From Acidobacteriaceae bacterium (GTDB lineage: Bacteria > Acidobacteriota > Terriglobia > Terriglobales > Acidobacteriaceae), in assembly GCA_003134815.1 (NCBI GenBank), contig PLCO01000042.1, forward strand, positions 13,174-77,173: 64,000 nucleotides of DNA, read 5' to 3'. Under the pieces are notes generated by a model. That model saw nothing but the letters and a program-made list of their open reading frames with translations. It was not told the origin of the DNA and searched no databases. Positions 1 to 8,939 of the stretch are shown in pieces. The stretch's first letter is position 1; every line of letters begins with the position of its first letter. The position numbers and the translations under genes were made by a program.

Positions 1-1511
1 TCATTGGCCGGATGAATGTGCAGAGCCGGTGCCGCGAGAATAAGCCGCGGTGGCAGCGCCGACACTTCCGCGCCTCCAAAGTAGCCGTTGCGCTCGAAAG
101 CCGATAGAGACGCATCGCTGCCCGGCCCGGCGCTCGGCGATGCGGCTTGCCGATCAGCATTCAGCGCGCGCACTCGAATCCAATAGTCGAGGGCCTGAAG
201 CGGCAAATGCAGGTCCTCGCCTGCCTTCAATTCCAGCACAACCAGGCGGCCTCTCCGGTCGAGCGTGAGCAGATCAAGCATTCCGCGATCGCCGGTTGAA
301 AGCGCGGGCACCTGTGTGTAAACAAGGTCGCCGCGCAACCCGGGTAACAGCTCGGCCACCCCCGCCCGCAGCCGCGATTCAAGCCAGCGCTCGGGTGCCA
401 TCCGGAACAGCGGATCGGCATGCGCGCCGTCGGCGTGGCGGCTCAAAAAGAGGCGCTCAAAAAGGTCCCGGCAAATCGATTCGTTCTCGGCACTAAGTGG
501 TGTCTCGTTTGCCCCCGCGCCAAAAGTCACTTCATCCTCTCGCGCAAAAGAGTGTGCCGCTGCGCCATGCCGCACGCGGGCAAACTCAAGTCCGTGGAGG
601 CAAAGCCCAACTTCAGTCGCGGAATGCGCGCGGACCTCCACGCGATCGCGCGCGGCATCGGGAACCAGCGAGAGAAGCCGGTCTATGCCGGATTGGCAGC
701 GCTCGAGCGCCGCGGCCGGCGAAAATGCATGGACGAGGTGCGACTCGATATTTCCCGTGTCGCGAAAGTCCACCGGCGCAAGTTCTTCGCTGCGCTCGTC
801 GAGAGTCCACAATTCAAAATTGGCGGCAGCGTGATTAAGCCACGCCATGCGCTCGGCGGTGGTGCGCCATGCGCCTGCGGGGACGATGACTTTCAGGCCG
901 CCGAAGTGGTGACGCGCATCGGCGTGCTGGCGGCAGTAGTCAAGCCACAGGATTCCCAGGGTCAAAACGCCATCGATCGTCGACCCGGATTCGGAAGCGC
1001 CAACACCGATCACCGCGTCGGCCGCGCTTCCTTTGAGCAGCCGGCCGCGCACGTACGCGGGACCAAAGCTGTGCTCCAGATCCATGGCGGTGCGCAAGCC
1101 ATCGACCTTGGTGCCAATAAATTGCCGCGTGAGCACGCGCTCCAGCAGCCGCAGGTAATTGCGTCGCGCGGTGTCGCGGGCTGTTGGCGTGCGGCGGTCG
1201 CTGGTCGGCGCCAGTTCGAGCGATTGCGGCTTCGCCGCCCCCATCCGCCGCGTCACCAGGCGCAGGCACTGCGCGCGCTCCTGCACGTCGACGACTGTGC
1301 GCACAATGTTGCGCTCGTCGCTCCAAAGCTGCAGCAGGCAGCGGCCATGCGACTCGCCGACCGAATAATGTGCAGTCCGCATGTCGAACACCACTCGGCC
1401 ATCCTCGAGCAGCGCCGCCCCAGGATGATCGGCAAGATAGGTTTCGATGGTTTGCGCCAGCCGCGCGGGCGAGGCCCCATCACCGGCGCGAACTCGATCG
1501 CCGGGGCCCAT
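1..1511 (-). CDS. Conserved hypothetical protein with C-terminal NucS-like PD-(D/E)XK nuclease motif; 3' end lies beyond the window edge
   Basis: Not in ORF track (no in-window stop). Manual minus-strand translation from ATG (cat 1509-1511) stays open to position 1: MGPGDRVRAGDGASPARLAQTIETYLADHPGAALLEDGRVVFDM... Near the window edge it reads GMLDLLTLDRRGRLVVLELKAGEDLHLPLQALDYWIRVRAL (D...ELK nuclease-type signature). Plus ORF 420..1565 is its Arg/Ala-rich antisense shadow. Confidence 0.6.
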   Translation of the reverse strand, partial: MGPGDRVRAGDGASPARLAQTIETYLADHPGAALLEDGRVVFDMRTAHYSVGESHGRCLLQLWSDERNIVRTVVDVQERAQCLRLVTRRMGAAKPQSLELAPTSDRRTPTARDTARRNYLRLLERVLTRQFIGTKVDGLRTAMDLEHSFGPAYVRGRLLKGSAADAVIGVGASESGSTIDGVLTLGILWLDYCRQHADARHHFGGLKVIVPAGAWRTTAERMAWLNHAAANFELWTLDERSEELAPVDFRDTGNIESHLVHAFSPAAALERCQSGIDRLLSLVPDAARDRVEVRAHSATEVGLCLHGLEFARVRHGAAAHSFAREDEVTFGAGANETPLSAENESICRDLFERLFLSRHADGAHADPLFRMAPERWLESRLRAGVAELLPGLRGDLVYTQVPALSTGDRGMLDLLTLDRRGRLVVLELKAGEDLHLPLQALDYWIRVRALNADRQAASPSAGPGSDASLSAFERNGYFGGAEVSALPPRLILAAPALHIHPAN

Positions 1512-1519
1512 GGCGTTCT

Positions 1520-2050
1520 CTACCAGCCCTTGCGGGCGCGCAGGTTGGAAATGTGGGCTACGTGATGGCGGGAGTGCCACTCGTAGATTGCGAGGTTGGT
1601 CGCGAGAGTCACGCGCCCTCGTTCCGGATGGTTGAAGCCGCGCTCGAAATCCTTCTCCGTCATCAACTCGAGGAGCGCAACCAACCGCTGATGCAACCCG
1701 GTGATAAAGACGAGCGACAGTTCAATCGGCAGACTCGAATCCGCAAGCCGCGCCCACGCCGCCTCATCGTAAGGCTTGATCGTCGGCCAGTCCTCAGTCA
1801 GGGCGAGCTTGAAGCGAATGTAGCTGTTCGCGTGGCTGTCGGCGAAGTGATGAACCACCTGGCGCACCGTCCATCCGCCGTCGCGGTAGGGCGTGTCCAA
1901 TTGGGCATCGCTCAGGCCAGCCACGGCAGCTCGCAAACGCTCCGGAAGCAAGCGCAGCGCTTCGATCTGCGCTGCGCGCACGGCGGCTGTGTTTTCAGTG
2001 GGCGCGTGAAATTTCCCGATGGGGTATCGCAGGTCTTCCTGATCGGCCAT
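1520..2050 (-). CDS. DinB/YfiT-family putative metal-dependent hydrolase / thiol transferase
   Basis: 176-aa ORF; N-terminal YPIGKF, conserved His positions (VVHHFADSH ... EWHSRHHVAHI) and size typical of the DinB_2/YfiT four-helix-bundle family. Confidence 0.85.
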   Translation of the reverse strand: MADQEDLRYPIGKFHAPTENTAAVRAAQIEALRLLPERLRAAVAGLSDAQLDTPYRDGGWTVRQVVHHFADSHANSYIRFKLALTEDWPTIKPYDEAAWARLADSSLPIELSLVFITGLHQRLVALLELMTEKDFERGFNHPERGRVTLATNLAIYEWHSRHHVAHISNLRARKGW

Positions 2051-2155
2051 GCCAAGAATCTTAAATGGACGAGGCCGTGCACTGGAACCGGATGGAGGAG
2101 AACTCAGATAAGGATTCGGATCCGCGAGGGTTAACGCGAATGCGTGGGAAGCCGG

Positions 2156-2341
2156 CTACTTGGCTTGATGTTGGCTCACGTGCTGCGGGTGGGGGTGATG
2201 GCCGTGGGACTTAGATGCTTTGAATTTGGGAGCATGGTAGCGGTAGTCGTAATGGTGATGATTTTGGCGGGGGTGTTTTGCAGCAAACGCTGGGGTTACA
2301 AAAACCGTGAACATCAGTGCTGCCGCAAATAATCTCTTCAT
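2156..2341 (-). CDS. Small secreted histidine-rich protein
   Basis: 61 aa; clear signal peptide MKRLFAAALMFTVFVTPAFA followed by a His/Gln/Lys-rich mature part (HHHYDYRYH...HGHHPHPQH). Short, no recognisable family. Confidence 0.5.
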   Translation of the reverse strand: MKRLFAAALMFTVFVTPAFAAKHPRQNHHHYDYRYHAPKFKASKSHGHHPHPQHVSQHQAK

Positions 2342-2486
2342 GGCTCGAATCCTAGCATGATTTCGACTGCTTGCGGACGCTCGACAATGACCGAGGTACC
2401 CAGATTAGAACCGCGCGACCTGCGGCGGATAACCAGGCGCGCGCGCATCGAAATGTTAGAAACGGGCAGAGTACACTTGGATTACG

Positions 2487-3941
2487 ATGACGCACCCGGA
2501 AATCTCCCCAAAACCGAGCCATCAGCGTTACTTTTTTGAGAAATTCGGCCTCACGGAGCGGCTCCTCGAGCGTTGCCTGGGAGAGGCCCTCAGCGCCGGT
2601 GGCGACTACGCTGACCTTTACTTCGAGTCCGTTACCGCAACGTCGCTCGGCGTGGATGAGCAGATCGTGAAGTCGGCCAGCCAGGGCACCAGTGCCGGAT
2701 GCGGCATTCGCGTCCTGAGCGGCGAGCGCACCGGCTATGCCTATACTGACAACCTGAGCTCCGACCGCCTGCTCCACGCGGCGCGAACGGCCGCGCTCAT
2801 CGCCTCCGGTCCCGCAAAGCAGCCCATCCAGGGATTCACCGAAACGCGCGGCGCTAATCTATACCCCGTTCCGCTCGGTGGCTACGACGTCGATCTGGCG
2901 GCACGGCTTGAGTTGATTCTCCGCGCTGATCGCGCAGCGCGTGCCTTCGATCCGCGCATCGTCCAGGTCCGCGCCGGTTATAGTGAGGAGCTGCGCCGCA
3001 TCCTCATTGCCGCATCGGATGGTGCCTTCGCCAGCGACACGCAGCCCTTGTGCCGTTTGAATGTGTGGGTCATCGCGAAAGAAGGCGCAGTCACCACCAA
3101 GGGCGCTGCCGGCGGCGGTGGTCGAGCTGGCCTCGAGCAATTTGACGGCAGCAAAAGCCCTGAATCTCTGGCGCGCGAAGCCGCCCGTGGCGCGATCCTG
3201 CAACTGGGCGCCGTTCCCGCGCCCGCCGGCGAGATGGAAGTTGTTCTCGGCCCCGGATGGCCCGGAATTCTGCTTCACGAGGCCGTCGGTCACGGGCTTG
3301 AGGCCGACTTCAACCGCAAGAAAACTTCAGCGTTCGCAGGGCTGATCGGCCAGTCGGTGGCCAGCTCGAAGGTGACCGTCGTCGACAACGGAAAGATGGC
3401 TGGCCGCCGCGGCTCGCTCAATGTCGACGATGAAGGATCGGCTACCCAGGAAACCGTCCTCATCGAGGGCGGCGTGCTCAAGGGCTACCTCTCTGACAAG
3501 CTTTCGGCGCGGCTCATGGGCATGGCCAACACCGGCTCGGGACGGCGCGAAAGCTACCAGTCCATCCCCATGCCGCGCATGACCAACACCTATATGCTCG
3601 CAGGCGACGACGACCCCGAAGACATTCTGCGCAGCGTCAAGCGCGGCCTTTACGCGGTAAACTTCGGCGGCGGCCAGGTGGACATTACCAACGGCAAATT
3701 TGTTTTTTCTGCCTCGGAAGCCTACCTCATCGAGGACGGCAAAGTAACCGCGCCGGTGCGCGACGCGACCTTAATCGGCAATGGTCCGGAGGCTCTGAAG
3801 TTTGTCTCGATGGTCGGCAACGACCTCAAGCTCGACGAGGGCATCGGCACCTGCGGCAAAGACGGACAGAGCGTCCCCGTCGGCGTCGGCATGCCAACAA
3901 TCAAGCTGGACAAAATGACCGTAGGCGGCACCGGAAGGTAG
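2487..3941 (+). CDS. tldD: Metalloprotease TldD
   Basis: 484 aa; PmbA/TldD family hallmarks including GDYADLYFE near the N-terminus and the HEAVGHGLEADF zinc motif; C-terminal GMPTIKLDKMTVGG. Confidence 0.9.
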   Translation: MTHPEISPKPSHQRYFFEKFGLTERLLERCLGEALSAGGDYADLYFESVTATSLGVDEQIVKSASQGTSAGCGIRVLSGERTGYAYTDNLSSDRLLHAARTAALIASGPAKQPIQGFTETRGANLYPVPLGGYDVDLAARLELILRADRAARAFDPRIVQVRAGYSEELRRILIAASDGAFASDTQPLCRLNVWVIAKEGAVTTKGAAGGGGRAGLEQFDGSKSPESLAREAARGAILQLGAVPAPAGEMEVVLGPGWPGILLHEAVGHGLEADFNRKKTSAFAGLIGQSVASSKVTVVDNGKMAGRRGSLNVDDEGSATQETVLIEGGVLKGYLSDKLSARLMGMANTGSGRRESYQSIPMPRMTNTYMLAGDDDPEDILRSVKRGLYAVNFGGGQVDITNGKFVFSASEAYLIEDGKVTAPVRDATLIGNGPEALKFVSMVGNDLKLDEGIGTCGKDGQSVPVGVGMPTIKLDKMTVGGTGR

Positions 3942-3946
3942 AGCCA

Positions 3947-4237
3947 TCACGCCGCTTCGTGGAGAATGATACGAACCTTGCGCCCTAGCGCTGAGGCGAT
4001 ATTCACCAGCGCATCGAGCGAAAAGCGCGAGATGCGCCCTCGAAGCAGATCGTTGATGCGTGGCTGCGACACCCCGCACCGCTTCGCCGCCTCGGCCTGA
4101 GTCCAGCCATTCTTGCCGACGACGGCTTCAATCTCGTCCATCAGATCCGAGCGCAAGGTCAGGTTCACCGCTTCTTCCGGAGTCTCGGCAATTGCATCCC
4201 AGACATTAGCAAATCTCTTCCCGGTCTTTTTGCTCAT
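3947..4237 (-). CDS. XRE-family HTH antitoxin (HigA-like)
   Basis: 96 aa; HTH segment WTQAEAAKRCGVSQPRINDLLRGR; lies immediately downstream of and overlaps by 4 nt a RelE/Gp49-like toxin gene (toxin-first higBA-type layout). Confidence 0.8.
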   Translation of the reverse strand: MSKKTGKRFANVWDAIAETPEEAVNLTLRSDLMDEIEAVVGKNGWTQAEAAKRCGVSQPRINDLLRGRISRFSLDALVNIASALGRKVRIILHEAA

Positions 4238-4560
4238 CGCTCACCTCGCATCAACTTTTTAAACCGCTTCCTGGCGATCTCAATGTCCTGATTCGAAGTT
4301 TGCATCGTCTTTTTTTGAAATGCATGCAGAACATAGATGGCGTCGGCTAATCGCGCTGTATAGATTACTCGATAGATTCCCGATTGATCTCGGACCCGAA
4401 TCTCCTCGACGCCTTTCCCTATATCGGGCATCGGCTTGAAGTCGTCTGGAGGATTCCCGTTTTGCACCTTAGCAAGCTGACGGCCAGCAGCCTGACGTGC
4501 ATTCCTTGGGAAACTGGCGATTGCCTTCAACGAGTCGCCAAGGAACTCGATCTCCTTCAT
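4234..4560 (-). CDS. RelE/HigB-superfamily toxin (phage Gp49-like, DUF891-type)
   Basis: Core MKEIEFLGDSLKAIASFP...GVEEIRVRDQSGIYRVIYTARLADAIYVLHAFQKKTMQTSNQDIEIARKRFK matches the Gp49/HigB-like pattern. I prefer the internal ATG at 4560 over the track start at 4608. Confidence 0.8.
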   Translation of the reverse strand: MKEIEFLGDSLKAIASFPRNARQAAGRQLAKVQNGNPPDDFKPMPDIGKGVEEIRVRDQSGIYRVIYTARLADAIYVLHAFQKKTMQTSNQDIEIARKRFKKLMRGER

Positions 4561-4684
4561 TGCCCTATTATATCCGTTTGGATATAGAGCGCAAGCGGCC
4601 GAGGACACGAGCGGGCACGTCGATTATTCTTAACGAAGGAGGAACGCCATGACATAGGTACGCAACTGCGTCCTGGAGTTTGTC

Positions 4685-4963
4685 ATGAGCCGTTCAACTC
4701 GCCGCCCCTTTGCAGCGATAACGGGCACCGCCAGCGCGAAAGACGACAAGCGCATGGCCCATCGTGGTGTCCGCCGGAAACAAAACTTTGCTCTCAAAAC
4801 CTGCGCCGATTACGGGGACTTCTTGGTTCCACACCGGCATGAGTGTGCCTGGAACAACAACTATTGCTGGGGCCGCGACGGCACTCAGTGCGACCAAAGC
4901 TATTTGCGTTTTTCGCCGGACGTGATGAGCCGCAAATATTATCGCAAGCTTCTGCGCAAATAG
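4685..4963 (+). CDS. Small basic Cys/Trp-containing hypothetical protein
   Basis: 92 aa, unbiased composition, four Cys plus His (KTCADYG, HRHECAW, NYCWG, TQCDQ), basic termini; divergent from the higB-like gene. No family recognised. Confidence 0.45.
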   Translation: MSRSTRRPFAAITGTASAKDDKRMAHRGVRRKQNFALKTCADYGDFLVPHRHECAWNNNYCWGRDGTQCDQSYLRFSPDVMSRKYYRKLLRK

Positions 4964-4991
4964 CGGCCTGACCGCCGACTTCACGGCTACC

Positions 4992-5978
4992 CTACGTGTG
5001 CCGGTTGTACTCCGGCGTGCCCGCAATCACCATGCCGCTCTTCTGGTGGCCGTGGATATACCAGCAGCACCACCCGGTCTCGTACGGTTCCTTCCCGGCG
5101 GGCGCGCGCAAATCAATATAAGTAACCACGCCGAATAGATAGATCTTGCTCTCCCATGCCTCCACGCGGCGCAAGTCCTCGGCGGTCTCCACTACCGACT
5201 TCACATCGTCGCGGCTGAATGTCTTCAGTCCCGTCGCTTCTCCCGGCAGCAGGATGATCGGCGCGCGCGGAGGTTTCGCCTCGTTCTTGAAAGCCGGACT
5301 CGGCGGCAGGTGTGCCTCATCCCGCGCAGTCGCAATCTCATCCACAAGCGTGACGATCCGCGTCGGGCTGCGCCCCCGATTTGTCGCAACAATCGTAAAT
5401 CTGTTGTGCGGTCCGGGCTCGGGTTCAACGGTTACTACCAGCCAGGGCCGCTGCGTCAGAGCCTGGGCTTCGGCATACATCAGCGCTGCCTTTGCGCTGT
5501 CGGCCGCTGCCTGAGCGGTGGTTTCGGCATAGTGTGACTGGCGTTCGATCTTGCGCAACAGCCAGATTGCGAGCATCACGCCCACATACGCAAGCACCAC
5601 CAGAATGATATGCGCCGCCCATGCTATGCGATCCTGCCAGGGCCACGGCGCTGCCGCAGGCGCAGGTGTAGCAATCGTAATGTGCGACGGTGTCGCATCG
5701 CATGGGCCGCCCTGGCATTCGCCGCCCTGCCCAGGAACAGCCGCTCCCTGTCCCGCACCTTGTCCCGCTTCCGGTCCAGTCGCCGGTGAAGCAGCCGGAT
5801 TATCCGCCCCTCCAGCCGGCTGCGCCGTTGGGTTCCCACTTGTCGTGGGCGCCGTCGGCGAAGGCGCTGCATTTGGCTTCGCGGGTAATTTGGGTTTGGC
5901 TGCCTGCGCGCTCGCCGTTGCTGTCGCAAACGCCAACAAAAGCAGCGCCGCGGCAAGCGCCAGGTTCTTCAGGATCAT
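4992..5978 (-). CDS. Membrane-anchored hypothetical protein, C-terminus ...EYNRHT; paralogue of 16436..17326
   Basis: Signal peptide MILKNLALAAALLLLAFATATASA, Pro/Ala/Gly-rich spacer, one TM (WAAHIILVVLAYVGVMLAIWLL), then a globular domain. Shares QRPWLVV, NRGRSP, IYLFG..TYID, GWCCWYI and terminal YNRHT with the IS-borne ORF. Start moved to ATG 5978. Confidence 0.65.
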   Translation of the reverse strand: MILKNLALAAALLLLAFATATASAQAAKPKLPAKPNAAPSPTAPTTSGNPTAQPAGGADNPAASPATGPEAGQGAGQGAAVPGQGGECQGGPCDATPSHITIATPAPAAAPWPWQDRIAWAAHIILVVLAYVGVMLAIWLLRKIERQSHYAETTAQAAADSAKAALMYAEAQALTQRPWLVVTVEPEPGPHNRFTIVATNRGRSPTRIVTLVDEIATARDEAHLPPSPAFKNEAKPPRAPIILLPGEATGLKTFSRDDVKSVVETAEDLRRVEAWESKIYLFGVVTYIDLRAPAGKEPYETGWCCWYIHGHQKSGMVIAGTPEYNRHT

Positions 5979-6057
5979 GGCGCAAATGTAGCACAGTGAA
6001 TCGCGCAAATTCAGGGCTGGTAGCAAGGAAGATAAACTCCGGTCACCGGCATCATGC

Positions 6058-6519
6058 TCACGCCGGGACGCGATCGAGGATCCCAAGATTGCGCGCCATG
6101 CGCTGAGAAATACGCATGGGTATCATCTCCTCGTTGCCCAGCGTAAGAACAATGTACGTTCTCAAGAACCACTTCGTCCGTCCCAGCTTGATCTCATCCC
6201 ACGGAATGCGCAGCGGCGGGTGTCCGATCCGGAACGGAAACAAAACCGAGGCGTAGATTCCGTCGCTGGCCGCGCTCAGGCGGATCACGCTCGAATAGTG
6301 CCCCCAGAAACGCATGTAAACCGTATAAAAGAATGGTCCAGCAGTCCTGATCTCGCCATACGGCGCGGACTGCCGTCTAAACCGCCGGGTGAGCGCGAAC
6401 CACCCGGTAATAAAGCTGATGAGAAAGCAGACCGCGCACCAGAGCGCAACGAAAAAGACAGGGATGCACGCCAGGCCGATCGGCGTTTCGAAAAATGAAT
6501 TGATCCCATTGGCTTGCAT
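6058..6519 (-). CDS. Hypothetical membrane protein
   Basis: Start chosen at MQANGINSFFETPIGLACIPVFFVALWCAVCFLISFITGWFAL (two hydrophobic helices), followed by a soluble domain; the Arg/Pro-rich extension to 6642 looks non-coding. Confidence 0.55.
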   Translation of the reverse strand: MQANGINSFFETPIGLACIPVFFVALWCAVCFLISFITGWFALTRRFRRQSAPYGEIRTAGPFFYTVYMRFWGHYSSVIRLSAASDGIYASVLFPFRIGHPPLRIPWDEIKLGRTKWFLRTYIVLTLGNEEMIPMRISQRMARNLGILDRVPA

Positions 6520-6547
6520 CGTGCACCTGCTGGGAGGTTGGCAGGGG

Positions 6548-6793
6548 TCAGGCCGCCTGCGACGTCCTTTTCGCGGAAGAGGGTGCTGCCTTTTTCGCGG
6601 CCTTGAGAAGAACGCGCAAGGCTGTGTTGACGGCTTCTGCATCGGGAAAAGCCGAAGCTACGTCGGGCGCCAGGGTAACCATCACCACATCTCGCGGGAA
6701 ACGTTTCAGGTACTTCCCGCGAACTGCGTGCGTGAAGTCGTACTCCGGCTGCACTTCATTCTTCTTTTTCGGCTGCCTAGAATTCCTGTTCAT
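6548..6793 (-). CDS. Putative BrnA-type antitoxin (partner of BrnT)
   Basis: MNRNSRQPKKKNEVQPEYDFTHAVRGKYLKRF...VTLAPDVASAFPDAEAVNTALRVLLKAAKK; overlaps the end of the upstream BrnT gene by 17 nt; the pattern is typical of antitoxins paired with DUF497 toxins. Confidence 0.6.
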   Translation of the reverse strand: MNRNSRQPKKKNEVQPEYDFTHAVRGKYLKRFPRDVVMVTLAPDVASAFPDAEAVNTALRVLLKAAKKAAPSSAKRTSQAA

Positions 6794-7061
6794 ATTGCCT
6801 CCGTTCGCGCGGCTCCGCTCTCCGTGCGCTAACGATTCGTACCGTCCTCTCATCTTCAGTATGCACCACAACCAGAAGAAGTTGGCTTATGGATTTTCCG
6901 AGCGCGATCCAACGCTCTTCTTCGCCGGAATACTCCGGTTCCGGCAAAATCAGCAAGAGCGGATCGCGAAAGACGGTCGCAGCCTCCTCAAAATCGACGC
7001 CGTGCTTTTCCTTGTTGCGCCGTGCCTTGACCGGATCCCAGACAATCTGCTGGGGTGACAT
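6777..7061 (-). CDS. brnT: BrnT-family (DUF497) toxin
   Basis: 94 aa; IVWDPVKARRNKEKHGVDFEEAATVFRDP...ERWIALGKS...LLVVVHTEDERTVRIVSARRAEPRERRQYE is the canonical DUF497/BrnT pattern. Confidence 0.85.
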   Translation of the reverse strand: MSPQQIVWDPVKARRNKEKHGVDFEEAATVFRDPLLLILPEPEYSGEEERWIALGKSISQLLLVVVHTEDERTVRIVSARRAEPRERRQYEQEF

Positions 7062-8741
7062 CTACACGCCAACCGGGAACGGCTTGGGGCTGGATTCGTC
7101 GGTGTTCACGCCGGTGCGCCAGCGCTCGAAGCGGCCCTGCAGCAGGCTCATCAAGCCTGTGTACCAGTAGCCGACGACGAAGAGAATCAGAAACGGCGCG
7201 GTGAAGAAATTATTGTTCGTAAACGTGTAATAAATTGCCGCAGCAAAGTAGCAGCCCAGCAGCAGCTCGATCCACGGAGTCAGCTTCAGGCGCTTGCGGT
7301 ACTTCGCGGCCTGCGATTTTTCGCCCTTCTTTGCCACACGATACTTCGGCGTCCGCACGAACGCGCTCTTGATGCCCAGCAGCGCCTCAATCACAGCCTT
7401 CGTGTTGGTTACCGTCAGGCCGATCCCCAGCGCCATCAGAAACGGCAGATAGAAAAAGGTCCTCTTCCAGGTCTTGGGGAAAAGCTCGCGCTCGCTCATC
7501 ACATAGAACACGGCAATCGACAAGCTCGACGCCGTAAACAGCGGCACGTCGATCAGCAGCATCTGGAACCAGCCCTGGTAAAAGCGGCACACCATCGCCG
7601 GAATCAGCAGCGCTGACATGATCACCATCAGCGGGTAGCTTAGATTCGCCGTCAGATGGTACACGGCCTCGATCTTGTTGCGCATCGGCGCCTTCGATCG
7701 AAACACCCTCGGCAGAATCTTGATGCTCGTCTGGATGAGCCCCTTGGCCCAGCGCGCCTGCTGCGTTTTGAACGCCGTCATTTCAATCGGCAGTTCCGAC
7801 GGGCACTCCACGTCAGGCAGATACTTGAACTTCCACCCGGCCATCTGCGAGCGGTAGCTAAGGTCGGTGTCCTCAGTCAGCGTGTCGTGCTGCCAGCCGC
7901 CGCCGTCGTAAATCGCCTGCCGCCGCCACATGCCTGCCGTGCCGTTAAAGTTGAAGAACTCTCCCGCGCGGGCACGCGCCCCGTGCTCCAGCACAAAGTG
8001 GCCGTCGAGCAGGATCGCCTCAATCTGCGTCAGAATGCTGTAATCGCGGTTCAGGTGCGTCCACCGCGTCTGCACCATGCCGATATGCGGCTCCGCAAAG
8101 TGGTGAATCACCTTCATCAGCCAGTCGGTCGGCGGAACAAAGTCCGCGTCGAAGATGGCGATGAATTCGCCCTTAGCCACTTTCAATCCCGCGTCGAGCG
8201 CTCCCGCCTTAAATCCGTGCCTGTTAGTGCGGTGAATATAGACAATGTCGTGGCCCATTGCGGCGTATCGCTCCACAATCGCCGCCGCCACCTCGCAGGT
8301 TTCGTCGGTGGAGTCATCGAGCACCTGGATCTCAAGCTTTTCGCTCGGATAATCGATCGCGCAGATGGCCTCGATCAGGCGATCGATAACGAACTGCTCA
8401 TTGAAGATCGGCAGTTGAATCGTAACCATCGGCAGCTCTTCAAAATGCTGCGGAGGGTCCGGCTTGTAATTCTTGCGGAACTTGAAGTAGTGGTACGCCA
8501 TCGTGTATCGATGAAGGCCGTAAATCGAGAGCAGGATCATCACTGCGAAGTACGGCAAAAGCACAATCGCATCAAAGAAATTCCAGTGGTAGAGTCCCTT
8601 AAATGTCTGGTCGGCGTACTGCATCCTCAGATAGTGGTGCAGAGAGCTTTCCGGGGCAAAAGCGAGATAGGCCCCCGCCGAACGCACCCCTCCCCATGGC
8701 TGGCCGATCAAAGCAAGCAATGGGGTTAGAGTCGCTGCCAA
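7062..8741 (-). CDS. Family-2 processive glycosyltransferase (cellulose-synthase/CslA-like)
   Basis: 559 aa; GT2 motifs VLDDSTDET, FDADFVP, TEDTDLS and QQARWAKG (QxxRW), with multiple TM helices at both ends. TTG start at 8741 per track; ATG at 8624 is an alternative. Confidence 0.85.
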   Translation of the reverse strand: MAATLTPLLALIGQPWGGVRSAGAYLAFAPESSLHHYLRMQYADQTFKGLYHWNFFDAIVLLPYFAVMILLSIYGLHRYTMAYHYFKFRKNYKPDPPQHFEELPMVTIQLPIFNEQFVIDRLIEAICAIDYPSEKLEIQVLDDSTDETCEVAAAIVERYAAMGHDIVYIHRTNRHGFKAGALDAGLKVAKGEFIAIFDADFVPPTDWLMKVIHHFAEPHIGMVQTRWTHLNRDYSILTQIEAILLDGHFVLEHGARARAGEFFNFNGTAGMWRRQAIYDGGGWQHDTLTEDTDLSYRSQMAGWKFKYLPDVECPSELPIEMTAFKTQQARWAKGLIQTSIKILPRVFRSKAPMRNKIEAVYHLTANLSYPLMVIMSALLIPAMVCRFYQGWFQMLLIDVPLFTASSLSIAVFYVMSERELFPKTWKRTFFYLPFLMALGIGLTVTNTKAVIEALLGIKSAFVRTPKYRVAKKGEKSQAAKYRKRLKLTPWIELLLGCYFAAAIYYTFTNNNFFTAPFLILFVVGYWYTGLMSLLQGRFERWRTGVNTDESSPKPFPVGV

Positions 8742-8786
8742 AGGGTTCAGCCTCCCCGGCTGGGTAGGAGTTATTGTACGCGAGCG

Positions 8787-8800
8787 TGGTGGCCCGAGAC
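8787..8800. repeat. Direct repeat (13/14) of the 3' end of tRNA-Phe; possible att remnant
   Basis: TGGTGGCCCGAGAC here versus TGGTGGCCAGAGAC at 9917-9930 (tRNA 3' end in plus orientation); sits where the sequence becomes visibly AT-richer. Confidence 0.45.
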
Positions 8801-8939
8801 TGTTTTGGTCCTTTCCGCCACATTGAAAACACGTAAGTTACAAATTTTGAGCGCCACTGACACGATGGAAGCGCGGCTTCTCGGTAAGTAATGAGCACAC
8901 GAAATTGTCTCTTATTTTCGCAGTCTATAATTTTCTGCC

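Noticed and set aside
420-1565. 381-aa plus-strand ORF, the longest ORF the track offers in the first 1.5 kb
   Set aside because: The product is Arg/Ala/Gly/Pro-rich with no motifs. The opposite strand carries a fully open, compositionally normal frame with a nuclease signature. It is treated as an antisense shadow.
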